64,000 bases of DNA from an uncultured Desulfobacter sp. (GTDB lineage Bacteria; Desulfobacterota; Desulfobacteria; Desulfobacterales; Desulfobacteraceae). Of this stretch, positions 9,212 through 19,802 are shown piece by piece; positions within the stretch are counted from its first letter, which is position 1, and every line of letters begins with the position of its first letter. The notes beneath the pieces are model-generated. The model saw only the letters and a list, made by a program, of their open reading frames with translations, did not search any database and was not told the DNA's origin. The position numbers were made by a program, and so were the translations under genes. The stretch lies in NCBI GenBank assembly GCA_963665095.1, contig OY762069.1, positions 352,001 through 416,000 of the forward strand, read 5' to 3'.

Positions 9212-11041
9212 ATGAAAATGGCGCACCCAGCTGATCATATTGTCAATGACCCAGTTGCCGGCAGGCTGATTTCCATGCTTCCGGGGTTGTCTGTTGCCCT
9301 TCAGAAAGGCCTGGACGGCATTGAGCCGGGTTTTGACTCCCTTGGTCAGACACTGCATAAGGTCTATGCAGACGCAGAGGAACTGACAAAAGGGATAAAA
9401 GCCTCTGTGACTCATCTTGATGTTGATTCTGATGCCAGTCTGTTGAATCACGTCGGCGAAATCGTCGAAGGCTCCCTGGCCGTACTTTCAGGCTGCAGGG
9501 ATTCTATTCTGGCCAGCCTGGAGAATATCGCAGTCTGTTCAGAAGATTTGAATCGCCTCTGTTTTATCTGCAAACAGATGAAAAAAAATTCAGGTTTTCT
9601 GCATATTCTTGGTTTAAATATCCGTGTGGAGAGCAGCCGAACAAAAAAGACCACAGAGATGTTTAAAGGGTTTGGGGGCGAAATAAAGACGCTTGCTGCG
9701 AAATTAGGAGAAACAACCGCACAGATATTTTCAAGTGCGGAAAAGGTTCAGTCAGACCAGGCTGTTGTGCAGATGGATGTTAATGATAATATGAAATATT
9801 TTGATACAGTGACAGCCTCAACAAAAAGTGCGGTGGCGCATGCCACAGAAGAGATTCAATCCATCGGTAACCAGGCAGCCATGACGTTGGAAACCGCAGG
9901 ACGGCATTCTGCCAAAGTGGCCGGAATCGCTTCAGAGATCGTCTTGGCCATTCAGTTTCATGATATTGCCAGGCAGCAGGTGGAGCATATTATTGCCGCC
10001 ACGCAGGATATTCTTGAAATTTTTAATACGCCGCTGTCTACCCGAGACAGTGTATGGGAAAACAATGACCAGAAAAAAGGCGGCGCTTATGCCATTTTAT
10101 CCCTGCAGTCCGCTCAGTTAGGGTTGGTTCATACTGAAGCGAGCAAGGTGTATGAACAGATTAACAACGCCTTTTCCCAGATCAGCGGTGAAGTCCGTCA
10201 GCTTATTAATAAAGTGGCGGTTTCCGGTCTGGAAAGCCGGGGGGGATCTGACCTTGAAAAGGGGTTTCACACGTTCCAGTCAAAGGTCGAAAATCTGCAT
10301 CAGCTTCTGGTTAAAGGTGACGACTTGGAGCAGGAGATCAAAGACAGTATGCACGAAGCCTCCAATGCGGTTTCCACACTGTTTCAGTACACGGACCAGG
10401 TTAATAATATCAATGTTGATCTGCAGTACAAAGCACTCAACGCCATGATTATGACCAATAAGCTGGGTGAAGAAGGGTCGGCTTTCGAGGTGTTGTCCCG
10501 GAGCGTCAGGGATCTTTCCAAAGAGTCCAATGCCCAGGTCCGGGAAGTGCTAAAGATTATTCAGTCTATTACACGGGAGCCTGAGAAGGACGCAGCAGCA
10601 CGGGTCAGCCCCACAGAGGATAACTTAGCTTCCAGCAGCTACGGGATCTCCGTGTCAGAGTGTATTGAACGTATTGACGGTGCATTTAATGGATATAAAA
10701 AAGAATGCGATCAGGCGGTCCTGCTTGCAAAGGATATTATGGGTGCCATTGAAAAGACAAAAAAACAGCTTGTGTTTTTTCCCCGCTGGATTCAGGCGTG
10801 TGAACGGGTTCGTAACACTATTGACACCACACTTGATGAACTGGTTTTCTGGAAAGAGCTGTCCATGTCATTACCCCAGGGCGCACAGGATGAAATTGCC
10901 CAGCGATATACCATGGAAAGCGAACGCCGTATCCATGAAGCCCAGCTGCAGTCGGACCATGGGTTTGGCGAAACGTTTGGCGGGAAAGTTGTTGAAGACG
11001 AAATAGACGGCGATATGGGTGATAATATCGAACTATTTTGA
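9212..11041 (+). CDS. Soluble MCP-like chemotaxis protein with two degenerate signalling-tip repeats
   Basis: Coiled-coil protein with no TM segment, first gene of the che operon; motifs LGLNIRVESSR and KALNAMIMTNKLGEEGSAFEVLS, IQFHDIARQQVEH, tail RYTMESER...GDNIELF. Confidence 0.7.
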   Translation: MKMAHPADHIVNDPVAGRLISMLPGLSVALQKGLDGIEPGFDSLGQTLHKVYADAEELTKGIKASVTHLDVDSDASLLNHVGEIVEGSLAVLSGCRDSILASLENIAVCSEDLNRLCFICKQMKKNSGFLHILGLNIRVESSRTKKTTEMFKGFGGEIKTLAAKLGETTAQIFSSAEKVQSDQAVVQMDVNDNMKYFDTVTASTKSAVAHATEEIQSIGNQAAMTLETAGRHSAKVAGIASEIVLAIQFHDIARQQVEHIIAATQDILEIFNTPLSTRDSVWENNDQKKGGAYAILSLQSAQLGLVHTEASKVYEQINNAFSQISGEVRQLINKVAVSGLESRGGSDLEKGFHTFQSKVENLHQLLVKGDDLEQEIKDSMHEASNAVSTLFQYTDQVNNINVDLQYKALNAMIMTNKLGEEGSAFEVLSRSVRDLSKESNAQVREVLKIIQSITREPEKDAAARVSPTEDNLASSSYGISVSECIERIDGAFNGYKKECDQAVLLAKDIMGAIEKTKKQLVFFPRWIQACERVRNTIDTTLDELVFWKELSMSLPQGAQDEIAQRYTMESERRIHEAQLQSDHGFGETFGGKVVEDEIDGDMGDNIELF

Positions 11042-11096
11042 CACTGCATCTGGATTGGGATATATTCTGTGACAATACCACCGAATCATACAAGGA

Positions 11097-11417
11097 GTGT
11101 TCATGGTTTCTGAGAATCAGGATAAGGACGGTAATCTGGTGATCAAGATCGAAGGCGCTTTATCCGCTTATGAAGTGGGGGATATCAAAGATCGCCTGTT
11201 GGCCGGTCTTATAAGTCACCCTGCTGTTGTTGTGGACGTAAGCAGCGTAAGCGAGTGTGATACGCTGGGGGTTCAGCTTCTGTGTTCAGCGGTCAAGACA
11301 GCTGAAAAGCTAAAGAAAATATTTAAGATTTCCGGCTCATCCCATGCGCTTTCTGAATCGGTGGCAGGGGTTGGGCTGGACGCAGAGGATTTTCCTGTTT
11401 TCTTTGAGGAGACGTAA
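11097..11417 (+). CDS. STAS domain protein
   Basis: IKIEGAL...VVVDVSSVSECDTLGVQLL pattern; GTG start after AAGGA. Confidence 0.85.
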   Translation: MFMVSENQDKDGNLVIKIEGALSAYEVGDIKDRLLAGLISHPAVVVDVSSVSECDTLGVQLLCSAVKTAEKLKKIFKISGSSHALSESVAGVGLDAEDFPVFFEET

Positions 11418-11421
11418 GGGT

Positions 11422-11787
11422 ATGGGTAAGGTTATCATGACAGCGGATGATTCCACAAGTATCAGACAGATGGTCAGTTTTACTCTAAAGCAGGCCGGGT
11501 ATGACGTCGTAGAGGCCGTGGACGGACAGGATGCCGCCATTAAGCTTGCCACCACGCACATTGATATGCTGCTGACAGATCTTAATATGCCCAAAAAGAA
11601 CGGGTTTGAACTGATTGAAGCCGTCCGGGCCATGCCAAAGTTCAAGTTTATTCCCATTATTATGCTGACAACAGAGTCCCAGGTGGAAATGAAACAGAAA
11701 GGCAAGGCTGCCGGTGCTACCGGGTGGATCGTAAAACCGTTCAAACCGGATCAGCTCTTGGCTGTAATTAAGAAAGTTCTTCGTTAG
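11422..11787 (+). CDS. cheY: Chemotaxis response regulator CheY
   Basis: Single REC domain (ADD, TDLNMP, LTTE, KPF). True start ATG 11422 (MGKVIMTADD) rather than 11344. Confidence 0.92.
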   Translation: MGKVIMTADDSTSIRQMVSFTLKQAGYDVVEAVDGQDAAIKLATTHIDMLLTDLNMPKKNGFELIEAVRAMPKFKFIPIIMLTTESQVEMKQKGKAAGATGWIVKPFKPDQLLAVIKKVLR

Positions 11788-11848
11788 TTCACCCATATCA
11801 TTAAAGATATACATTTGTTTTGAACATGTATTTCAAAGGAAGGATCCC

Positions 11849-13969
11849 ATGAATGAATCAAACAGATTCATTGAAGAATTCTGCAACGAAGCAGAAGAAC
11901 TTCTTGCCGGTATTGAGGACGCAGTCCTGGATATTGAGGACAATCCTGAAGACCAGGAGACGATTAACCGGCTGTTTCGCGCCATGCATACCATCAAGGG
12001 CTCAGGAGCCATGTTCGGGTTTGATGCGATATCCGAGTTTACCCATCATGTTGAGACAACCCTGGATAAGGTTCGAAGCGGGGAGATTCCGGTTTCTAAA
12101 ACTTTGATTGACCTGATCCTGGTGTCACGGGACCGGATTACGGCCATGCTTGCAGAGGCGAATGGCGGACCGGCCGTGGATCCCCAGGATGGTGAAAATA
12201 TCATTGCCTCGCTCAAGGCGCTCCTTGATCCGGACGGCAGTGCGCCCGCTCCCGCTCCGGAACCGTCCCCACTGGAAACTGCACCGGCCGCACAGACTGT
12301 CGCCCAAAAGGTGCCTGAAGCTGAAAAAGAGGTCCCGAAAGGGGAGACGGTCTATCGTGTCCGGCTTGAACCAGAACCTGAGATTTTTTCCTCGGGAATG
12401 GATCCGGTGATGCTGCTGTACGACCTTAGCGATATGGGGGAGTGCAGTATTGTGGTTCAGACCGATAAAATTCCTGACCTTGAAACCCTTTCACCTGAAT
12501 CCTGTTACTTTTCATGGGATGTGTTTTTAACCACCTCAAAGGGGTTCAATGCGGTCAGAGATGTATTCATCTTTGTGGAAAATGATTGCAAAATTTCCAT
12601 TGAAACCATTGACAGCCAGGCTGTTCCAGCGGACCAGGCCCCGGTTCAGAGCGTGGGGGAGATCCTTGTGGCCCGTGGTGATGTTGATAAAGATGCATTG
12701 GAAGAGAAAGTTGTTGAGCATAAAAAGATCGGAGAAGTCCTGGTAGAATCCGGCGTTGTCTCAAAGGAGAAGGTCAAGTCGGCATTAAAGGAACAGAAAA
12801 TCATCTCCAAGGCCCATAAATCATCTGTCGCATCAACGGTTCGCGTTCCATCGGACAGGCTTGACAAGCTGATTAACCTGGTGGGCGAGCTTGTCATTAC
12901 CCAGGCCCGGCTTACCGAGGTGTCATCCAGCAGGGAGGATTCAGAGCTTGGAGAGTCAGTGGAGGAGATCGAACGTCTGACTGCTGAGCTTCGTGACAGT
13001 GTGCTCAATATAAGGATGATGCCCATTGGCACAACGTTTAATAAATTCCGGCGCCTGGTCCGGGATCTCTCCTCACAGCTGAACAAGGAGATTGAACTGG
13101 TGACCAAAGGGGCTGAGACAGAACTGGATAAAACCGTTCTGGAACGTCTGGATGATCCGCTGGTTCACTTGATCCGAAACAGTATTGACCACGGGGTGGA
13201 ACCGCCTGATGTCAGAAAGGAAAACGGCAAACCTGAAAAGGGAACCATCGTCCTTGCCGCCAGTCACAAAGGGACCAATGTGGTGATCACCATAGAAGAT
13301 GACGGAAAAGGCCTTGATGTGGATGTTCTCCGGAGAAAAGCCATTGAAAAGGGGCTGATTGCAGAAGGGGCGGAACTGTCGGACAGAAAAATTTTTGCCC
13401 AGATCTTTGCTCCGGGATTTTCCACTTCCAAGGAGGTGACCAACGTATCCGGCAGGGGTGTGGGCATGGATGTGGTGAAAAAGACCATTGAATCCCTTCG
13501 TGGGCGCATTGATATTGACAGTACGCCTGGGCAGGGTACTAAGATTACCCTGAATCTGCCCCTGACTCTGGCCATCATAAACGGCCTTCTGGTAAAAATT
13601 GAAGATGATTTTTTTGTTCTGCCTCTGATGTCTGTGGAAGAGTGCGTGGAGATCAGAAGCAAAGAGATTGAGACCATTAACGGCAGAAATATTCTCAACG
13701 TCCGTGGCGACATGGTGCCTTATATCCGGTTAAGAGACCGGTTTCTTATGGGGGACAGGCGTCCGGAGATGGAGCATATTGTTATTGTCGATGTGAATGA
13801 CAGCCGCATTGGTTTTGTGGTGGACCATGTGATAGGCGGGCATCAGACCGTTATCAAGCCTTTGGGGCCGGCGTTCAGGGAGGTGAAGGATATTTCCGGT
13901 GCCACCATCCTGGGCGACGGCACCGTAGCGCTTATTCTGGACACAAATGTACTGCTTGAAAGTGCATAG
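11849..13969 (+). CDS. cheA: Chemotaxis histidine kinase CheA
   Basis: Hpt FRAMHTIKG, dimerisation LDKLINLVGELVI, HLIRNSIDHG, DDGKG, SGRGVGMDVV, C-terminal CheW-like domain. Confidence 0.97.
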   Translation: MNESNRFIEEFCNEAEELLAGIEDAVLDIEDNPEDQETINRLFRAMHTIKGSGAMFGFDAISEFTHHVETTLDKVRSGEIPVSKTLIDLILVSRDRITAMLAEANGGPAVDPQDGENIIASLKALLDPDGSAPAPAPEPSPLETAPAAQTVAQKVPEAEKEVPKGETVYRVRLEPEPEIFSSGMDPVMLLYDLSDMGECSIVVQTDKIPDLETLSPESCYFSWDVFLTTSKGFNAVRDVFIFVENDCKISIETIDSQAVPADQAPVQSVGEILVARGDVDKDALEEKVVEHKKIGEVLVESGVVSKEKVKSALKEQKIISKAHKSSVASTVRVPSDRLDKLINLVGELVITQARLTEVSSSREDSELGESVEEIERLTAELRDSVLNIRMMPIGTTFNKFRRLVRDLSSQLNKEIELVTKGAETELDKTVLERLDDPLVHLIRNSIDHGVEPPDVRKENGKPEKGTIVLAASHKGTNVVITIEDDGKGLDVDVLRRKAIEKGLIAEGAELSDRKIFAQIFAPGFSTSKEVTNVSGRGVGMDVVKKTIESLRGRIDIDSTPGQGTKITLNLPLTLAIINGLLVKIEDDFFVLPLMSVEECVEIRSKEIETINGRNILNVRGDMVPYIRLRDRFLMGDRRPEMEHIVIVDVNDSRIGFVVDHVIGGHQTVIKPLGPAFREVKDISGATILGDGTVALILDTNVLLESA

Positions 13970-13983
13970 AAAAGGAGGAACCA

Positions 13984-14514
13984 ATGAGTGTGCCGGCCAT
14001 AACCGAAACAAGCCAGTACCTGACATTTAAACTGGACAACGAGATTTATGCCATGGACATTAATACGGTCCGTGAGGTGCTTGATATTACCCAGATTACG
14101 AAAGTGCCCCAGATGCCGGATTTCATGTGCGGGGTGATCAATTTAAGAGGCGGTGTGGTGCCGGTGGTGGACCTTCGGCTGAAATTTGGTCTTAAGGAGG
14201 CCCAATCCCCCGATGAAAACTGCATCGTAATCATTGAAATCATATTGGATGGGGAAGAGACGATTCTGGGTATTCTGGTGGACTCCGTTCAGGAGGTGAT
14301 GAGTCTTGAACCGGATCAGATTGATCCCCCGCCCCGGATCGGAACCCGTCTTAAGACTGAATTTATTAAAGGCATGGGTAAAAAGCAAAACGAGTTTATT
14401 ATTATCCTTGAAACCACAAAAGTCTTTTCTGCTGAAGAGCTGGCCATTGTCCAGGCCTCGGAAGAGCTGGCCGCGGTTGAAGCTGCCGATAAAAAAGAGG
14501 ACGAGGACGGTTAA
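13984..14514 (+). CDS. cheW: Chemotaxis coupling protein CheW
   Basis: YLTFKL, GVINLRGGVVPVVDLR, GILVDSVQEV. Confidence 0.95.
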   Translation: MSVPAITETSQYLTFKLDNEIYAMDINTVREVLDITQITKVPQMPDFMCGVINLRGGVVPVVDLRLKFGLKEAQSPDENCIVIIEIILDGEETILGILVDSVQEVMSLEPDQIDPPPRIGTRLKTEFIKGMGKKQNEFIIILETTKVFSAEELAIVQASEELAAVEAADKKEDEDG

Positions 14515-14563
14515 GGATGTTATCCTTTAAATACCTTTTTTACTGCATTAAGGGGGGCGAATA

Positions 14564-15433
14564 ATGACAGCCTACTCTCACCCCCTGCGGTCCATGGCCT
14601 CGCTTTCCATGAAGGATTTCAAACACCTGGCATCCTTTATTCATTCAGAGCTTGGTATCAAGATGCCCGAGGCCAAACGCGGCATGGTGGAATCCCGCCT
14701 GCGAAAACGCCTGAACGTTCTTGGAATGGTGTCCTATGAGGAATATTGCGCTTATCTGTTCAGTCCCCAGGGCATGAAAGATGAACTGACGTTTTTCATC
14801 AATCAGATTACAACCAATAAAACGGATTTTTTCAGGGAACCCAAACAATTTGTGTTTCTTGAACAGAAAGCGCTGCCAGAGCTTCTTCAACCCGTCCCTG
14901 CCGGCGGAACAAAGACCTTTTCCCTGTGGAGTGCGGCCTGTTCCAGAGGACATGAGCCTTATACGCTTGCCATGGTTATGGCTGAATATGCAGAAAAGTC
15001 CATAAATAAAAAAATTCATTTTAATATTTTGGGAACTGATATTTCAACGGAGGTGCTCGGGGTTGCCCAGAAAGCCATATACCCCCATGAAGAAATTGAA
15101 CCGGTATCCAATGTGATGAGACAGAAATATCTGTTAAGAAGTAAGAACCGGCAAAAAAAACTGATCAGAATCGGGCCTGAGCTTCGTTCCAGGGTCAGGC
15201 TGCAGCGTTTGAATCTGATGTCTGCCCAATACCCCGGCATAGAGATGATGGACATTATTTTCTGCAGAAATGTGATGATCTATTTTGAAAGGGAAACCCA
15301 GAATCAGATTCTTACCCGGCTGCTGAAACATCTTAAACCCGGGGGATTTCTTTTTATGGGGCATTCAGAGGTCATTCAATGTGCTGATTTTCCTTTAAAA
15401 TCGGTGGAAACGACCATATATCAAAAAGTATAG
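14564..15433 (+). CDS. cheR: Chemotaxis methyltransferase CheR
   Basis: TTNKTDFFRE, WSAACSRGHEPYT, GTDIS, DIIFCRNVMIYF, MGHSE. Confidence 0.95.
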   Translation: MTAYSHPLRSMASLSMKDFKHLASFIHSELGIKMPEAKRGMVESRLRKRLNVLGMVSYEEYCAYLFSPQGMKDELTFFINQITTNKTDFFREPKQFVFLEQKALPELLQPVPAGGTKTFSLWSAACSRGHEPYTLAMVMAEYAEKSINKKIHFNILGTDISTEVLGVAQKAIYPHEEIEPVSNVMRQKYLLRSKNRQKKLIRIGPELRSRVRLQRLNLMSAQYPGIEMMDIIFCRNVMIYFERETQNQILTRLLKHLKPGGFLFMGHSEVIQCADFPLKSVETTIYQKV

Positions 15434-15460
15434 TCATGTCAATTACCGTAAATAAAGAAG

Positions 15461-16543
15461 GTGAAAATGGGGAAGAAAATTAGACTGCTTATTGTTGATG
15501 ATTCGGCGCTGGTGCGAACCGCTCTTTCCGAGGTCGTTTCTGCAGACCCGGATATAGAGGTCATGGCGATGGCCCAGGATCCCATTGTCGCAGCGTCAAA
15601 GATTCGTAATGAAGTCCCTGACGTTATCATTCTGGATGTTGAAATGCCCAGAATGGACGGGATTACCTTTTTAAAGCGAATTATGGCACAGCATCCTATT
15701 CCTGTCATTATCTGCTCTACCCTGGCAACCGAGGGGAGCCAGACCGCACTGACAGCGCTTGAGTGTGGGGCTGTAGAGGTCATTGAAAAGCCCAACCTTG
15801 GGACAAAAAAGTTTTTTGAAGAGTCCAGGATCAGAATCTGCGATACCGTCAAAGCTGCAGCCATGGTAAAGGTTTCGGTCAGAAAGCATGTCAAAGAGTT
15901 AAAAGTCGCCCCGAAGCTGACCGCAGACGCTATTATTCCGGGGCCTCCCACCAAAGCCATGGATAAGACCACGGAGACAGTGATTACCGTTGGTGCCTCC
16001 ACCGGAGGTACCGAAGCGTTGCGAATCTTTTTTGAGAGTCTTCCCCGGGACACACCCGGCATGGTAGTTGTTCAGCACATGCCGGCAAATTTCACCAAGG
16101 CCTTTGCCAACCGCTTGGATAAAACCTGTCTGGTCTCCATCAAGGAGGCTGAAAACAATGATACAGTGCTTCGCGGCCAGGTGCTGATTGCCCCTGGAAA
16201 CCACCATCTGCTCCTTAAACGAAGCGGGGCCAGGTATTATGTTGAGGTCCGGGAAGGACCGCTGGTCTCCCGTCACCGTCCCTCTGTTGATGTCCTTTTT
16301 CGCTCCGCGGCCCGGTATGCCGGGAAAAACGCGGTCGGTGTCATTATGACGGGAATGGGGGATGACGGTGCCCGGGGAATGCTGGAAATGAAAGAGGCCG
16401 GCGCTTACACTATTGCCCAGGATGAAGCATCCTGCGTGGTATTCGGTATGCCCAAGGAAGCCATAAAGCGGGACGCCGTCAACAGCATTCTTCCCTTGGA
16501 AAAAATTGCAGAAGAAGTACTCAAAAGATGCCGAACCGTATAA
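15461..16543 (+). CDS. cheB: Chemotaxis methylesterase CheB
   Basis: N-terminal REC domain plus [30 protein letters not shown]. Confidence 0.96.
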   Translation: MKMGKKIRLLIVDDSALVRTALSEVVSADPDIEVMAMAQDPIVAASKIRNEVPDVIILDVEMPRMDGITFLKRIMAQHPIPVIICSTLATEGSQTALTALECGAVEVIEKPNLGTKKFFEESRIRICDTVKAAAMVKVSVRKHVKELKVAPKLTADAIIPGPPTKAMDKTTETVITVGASTGGTEALRIFFESLPRDTPGMVVVQHMPANFTKAFANRLDKTCLVSIKEAENNDTVLRGQVLIAPGNHHLLLKRSGARYYVEVREGPLVSRHRPSVDVLFRSAARYAGKNAVGVIMTGMGDDGARGMLEMKEAGAYTIAQDEASCVVFGMPKEAIKRDAVNSILPLEKIAEEVLKRCRTV

Positions 16544-17096
16544 TCGGACGGTAAACCAGGTCTCCATTGGCATTGGAGAATATTTTGCCAGCAGCCAGGA
16601 TATTGTCATTCACACGGTGCTCGGCTCATGTGTCGCCGTTTGTCTGCATGATACCCAGAACCGCATCGGCGGAATGAACCATATTCTGATGCCCACCAAT
16701 CCCGATATTAAAAAGTATGATGCATCCGCCCGATACGGTATCCATGCCATGGAGCTTTTGATCAATGCCATCATGCGGCTGGGCGGAAACCGAAAAAAAC
16801 TGATTGCCAAAACTTTTGGCGGTGCCAACATGCTTCGAAGCCTTCCGGAGGAAAAGGCTGTGGGCAAAAGAAATATTGAATTTGTTGTGGATTTCCTGCG
16901 TGCGGAAAGAATAAAAATATTAGGCCGTGATTTCGGCGGGTATGAGTCCCGTAAAATTTTTTTCCATATAGCCACAGGGGAGGTCTTTTTGAAACGTGTG
17001 CCCTCCATGAGATCCTTGATTGATGCGGAACAGAAGAAACTTGACCGGATCAAGGGGCGGTTTGAGGAGCCCGGTGATATTACCCTGTTTGACTGA
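16506..17096 (+). CDS. cheD: Chemoreceptor glutamine deamidase CheD (start uncertain)
   Basis: [36 protein letters not shown]. Confidence 0.92.
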   Translation: MQKKYSKDAEPYNRTVNQVSIGIGEYFASSQDIVIHTVLGSCVAVCLHDTQNRIGGMNHILMPTNPDIKKYDASARYGIHAMELLINAIMRLGGNRKKLIAKTFGGANMLRSLPEEKAVGKRNIEFVVDFLRAERIKILGRDFGGYESRKIFFHIATGEVFLKRVPSMRSLIDAEQKKLDRIKGRFEEPGDITLFD

Positions 17097-17109
17097 GATA
17101 TCCGTTATT

Positions 17110-19194
17110 CTATTTTTTTTGTGAACTGATCGTGGCATGCGGGACCCATTTTTCCAATATATCCATCAAATCCTCCATCATAAATGGCTTGGTCAGACAA
17201 TCGTCCATACCTGCATTGAGACAATCGTCCTGGTCTTCAGCCATGGCATGGGCCGTGATGGCAATAATCGGCGTTCTGATGCCGGAGGATTTTTCAAGCC
17301 GTCTTATCTCCTGGGTAGCCTGGTAGCCGTCCATCTGCGGCATCTGGCAATCCATGAGAATAATATCCGGTTGGCGCATGACAAATTTTTCTTTTGCTTC
17401 AATACCGTTGGCAGCAATTTCCACCTGGCATCCAAAGGCCTCGAGCATGGCACTGAAGACTTCCTGGTTGGTGATATTGTCTTCGGCCACAAGCACATGG
17501 AATGCTCTATTTTCAGAATCCTTTCTGCGAATAGTGGGTTTGATGGCAGTTTCAGGTAAGGGATTTTTTAATTTTTTCAGCGGCAATACAAAGGAAAAGA
17601 TGCTCCCTATGCCTGGTTCACTGGTGCACCGGATGGTGCCGCCCATCAGGGAAATCAGATCTGATGAAATGGCCAGGCCAAGCCCTGTTCCACCGTATTT
17701 TCGGGTAAAAGATGCATCTGCTTGGGAAAAGGGTGTGAACAATGCTTTCTGAGCCTCCTGTGAGATGCCGATGCCGGTGTCTTTTATGGCAATGGTCAAC
17801 TCAACCCATTTATTGGGATTTAACACTTTTGGCCGTATATTCCCCCGGGCCGGACAGGTGGACACGGAGATGGTTACCCCGCCTTTCTCCGTAAACTTTA
17901 TGGCATTGCCTATAAGATTTATCAATATCTGTCTGATGCGTGTGGGATCTCCTTCCAGGAACAGATGGGCTTCTTTATGGATGTCAATGGTCAGGTCAAG
18001 ATTTTTACTCCGGGCAGAGGTCTCCAGAAGTGTCCGGATATCATAAATAAGGTCTGCCAGGTCAAAGGGGATGGATTCAACCTTGAGCTTTCCTGCCTCA
18101 ATTTTTGAGAAATCCAGAATATCGTTAATGATCTCCAGCAAAGCCAGGGCAGACTTTTGAATACCAGTGGCAAATTTTTCCTGATCGGTGGAGAGCGTTG
18201 AGGTGAGAAGAATTTCCGTCATGCCGATAATGCCATTCATGGGCGTCCGGATTTCATGGCTCATGTTGGCTAAAAATTGTGACTTAACCCGGCTGGCCTC
18301 TTCTGCCTTTTTCTGGGCTTTTTCCAGATGTCTGACTGTGGATTCAAGTTCCTCCTTGGCACGGGTCAGGTCTAATGTTCTTTGTTTTACCCGGGTCTCC
18401 AGCTGAGTGCTGTATGCATGCAGCGCTGCATCCCGTGCCTGGATCTCTTCAATCATTTTATTGAACTGCTCCATCAGGATGCCGAACTCATCGTGACTGT
18501 ATTTTTTGACCCGAACCTGATAGTTTTTCTGCCGGGTCACCTTTTTCATGGAATCAATGACGTCAAACAAAGGCCTTGTGAAAATGGACTGCATCCTGGA
18601 TGCAAGGATCAGAACCATGGCCAGTGTAATGGCAACAGTGCCGGCAACCATCAGGTAGTAGGCTTTAAGCCGTTTACCCTGTTGCTGCATATTGTCAATT
18701 AAATGAATGGCACCTAAAAAATTGCCTTCAAAACTCACCGGCAGGATTACATGAGTGTGGCTGTCTATGAATTTTGTGATCAGGTTTCTGGCAGCGATCA
18801 TTTCAATAAGGGGGTTGCCCGGTGTAACAACCTGTTTGATTTCATCGGTCAGGGAGTCAATTGGAGCCGGTCCCCTTGACCAGCTGGCATAAATATGTCC
18901 GCTGGCATCGTAAAGAGCCGCCCCAATAATCCCCTGTTTTGCTGACAGGGCGGAAAGGTCTTCCATGGCTGATGTCTGGTCGTTAAACATCATGGCAACG
19001 GCACTGTTCAGTGCCACAAGGTCTGCCATGGATATCAGTTCATCGATCAGATTTTTCTTGGCATTATTTGTTTCATAGGCCACCATGGCGCCGGCCACCA
19101 TAAAAAGAGCCATCAATGCCGTCAATCCAAGGCTCAGGATCAATTTTGTCCTGATGGAAACCGGGCGTTGGTTCGATTTGTGTTCAGCGGTCAT
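17110..19194 (-). CDS. Membrane hybrid sensor histidine kinase (periplasmic CHASE8-like sensor, HAMP, HisKA, HATPase, REC)
   Basis: Two TM segments, HAMP (DEFGIL), FLANMSHEIRTPMNG, NLIGNAIKFT, DTGIG, GGTGLGL, REC AED...MDCQMP...KP. Confidence 0.93.
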   Translation of the reverse strand: MTAEHKSNQRPVSIRTKLILSLGLTALMALFMVAGAMVAYETNNAKKNLIDELISMADLVALNSAVAMMFNDQTSAMEDLSALSAKQGIIGAALYDASGHIYASWSRGPAPIDSLTDEIKQVVTPGNPLIEMIAARNLITKFIDSHTHVILPVSFEGNFLGAIHLIDNMQQQGKRLKAYYLMVAGTVAITLAMVLILASRMQSIFTRPLFDVIDSMKKVTRQKNYQVRVKKYSHDEFGILMEQFNKMIEEIQARDAALHAYSTQLETRVKQRTLDLTRAKEELESTVRHLEKAQKKAEEASRVKSQFLANMSHEIRTPMNGIIGMTEILLTSTLSTDQEKFATGIQKSALALLEIINDILDFSKIEAGKLKVESIPFDLADLIYDIRTLLETSARSKNLDLTIDIHKEAHLFLEGDPTRIRQILINLIGNAIKFTEKGGVTISVSTCPARGNIRPKVLNPNKWVELTIAIKDTGIGISQEAQKALFTPFSQADASFTRKYGGTGLGLAISSDLISLMGGTIRCTSEPGIGSIFSFVLPLKKLKNPLPETAIKPTIRRKDSENRAFHVLVAEDNITNQEVFSAMLEAFGCQVEIAANGIEAKEKFVMRQPDIILMDCQMPQMDGYQATQEIRRLEKSSGIRTPIIAITAHAMAEDQDDCLNAGMDDCLTKPFMMEDLMDILEKWVPHATISSQKK

Positions 19195-19799
19195 TTTTCT
19201 TCACTTACGATGACGGCCAGTTTTAAAAGCCTTGAACTGAATTTAATATCATGGGCTTGCGCATTTTTGAGGTTGACCTCAAAATGCAGGCGGTCATTTT
19301 TTTTAATAAATTGAATAATGCCTCCCCTCCGGCTGAAGTTTTTCTCTTCACCAATAGTGAGAATCGGCCTGTTTTCAGTGGCGTTAATAATTCGGGAAAC
19401 CTTTTCTGCATCCATCTGGCTGCTGATGAAAACAATCTGGCATTGGGAAAGTTCTGTCTCAAGGTCCAAGGCGTCAGGTTCGGGTGTAAAAATTCTGATG
19501 GTTCGATCGGCACTGGTTTTCCCGTCTATGGATTGAAAAAGGGTTTTTACATGGTCACTGCCGAATACGGCGATATTAAACGGTTGGGATTTTCCTTTAA
19601 ATGCCGATTTCGGCCATTGGGTCAACTGGGTGAAATTATAAACAAAGGCGGCTTTAACAGCATACTCTTCAGGTGCCTGAGACTCGGCAGATTGGGGGCC
19701 TCCAAACGTCAGAACAAGACAGCTGAAAGTCGCAAGAAGCAGTTGTTTTATTAAACAATCAAAAGGGCTGCATCTGCTTTTTTGTCCCTGAAAATACAT
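19191..19799 (-). CDS. YfiR/HmsC family (DUF4154) periplasmic protein
   Basis: Signal peptide, EYAVKAAFVYNFxxxxxWP, CQIVFI, PILTIGE, GGIIQF, FEVNL, SSRLLKLA; overlaps the kinase start (ATGA). Confidence 0.88.
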   Translation of the reverse strand: MYFQGQKSRCSPFDCLIKQLLLATFSCLVLTFGGPQSAESQAPEEYAVKAAFVYNFTQLTQWPKSAFKGKSQPFNIAVFGSDHVKTLFQSIDGKTSADRTIRIFTPEPDALDLETELSQCQIVFISSQMDAEKVSRIINATENRPILTIGEEKNFSRRGGIIQFIKKNDRLHFEVNLKNAQAHDIKFSSRLLKLAVIVSEEK

Positions 19800-19802
19800 A
19801 TC

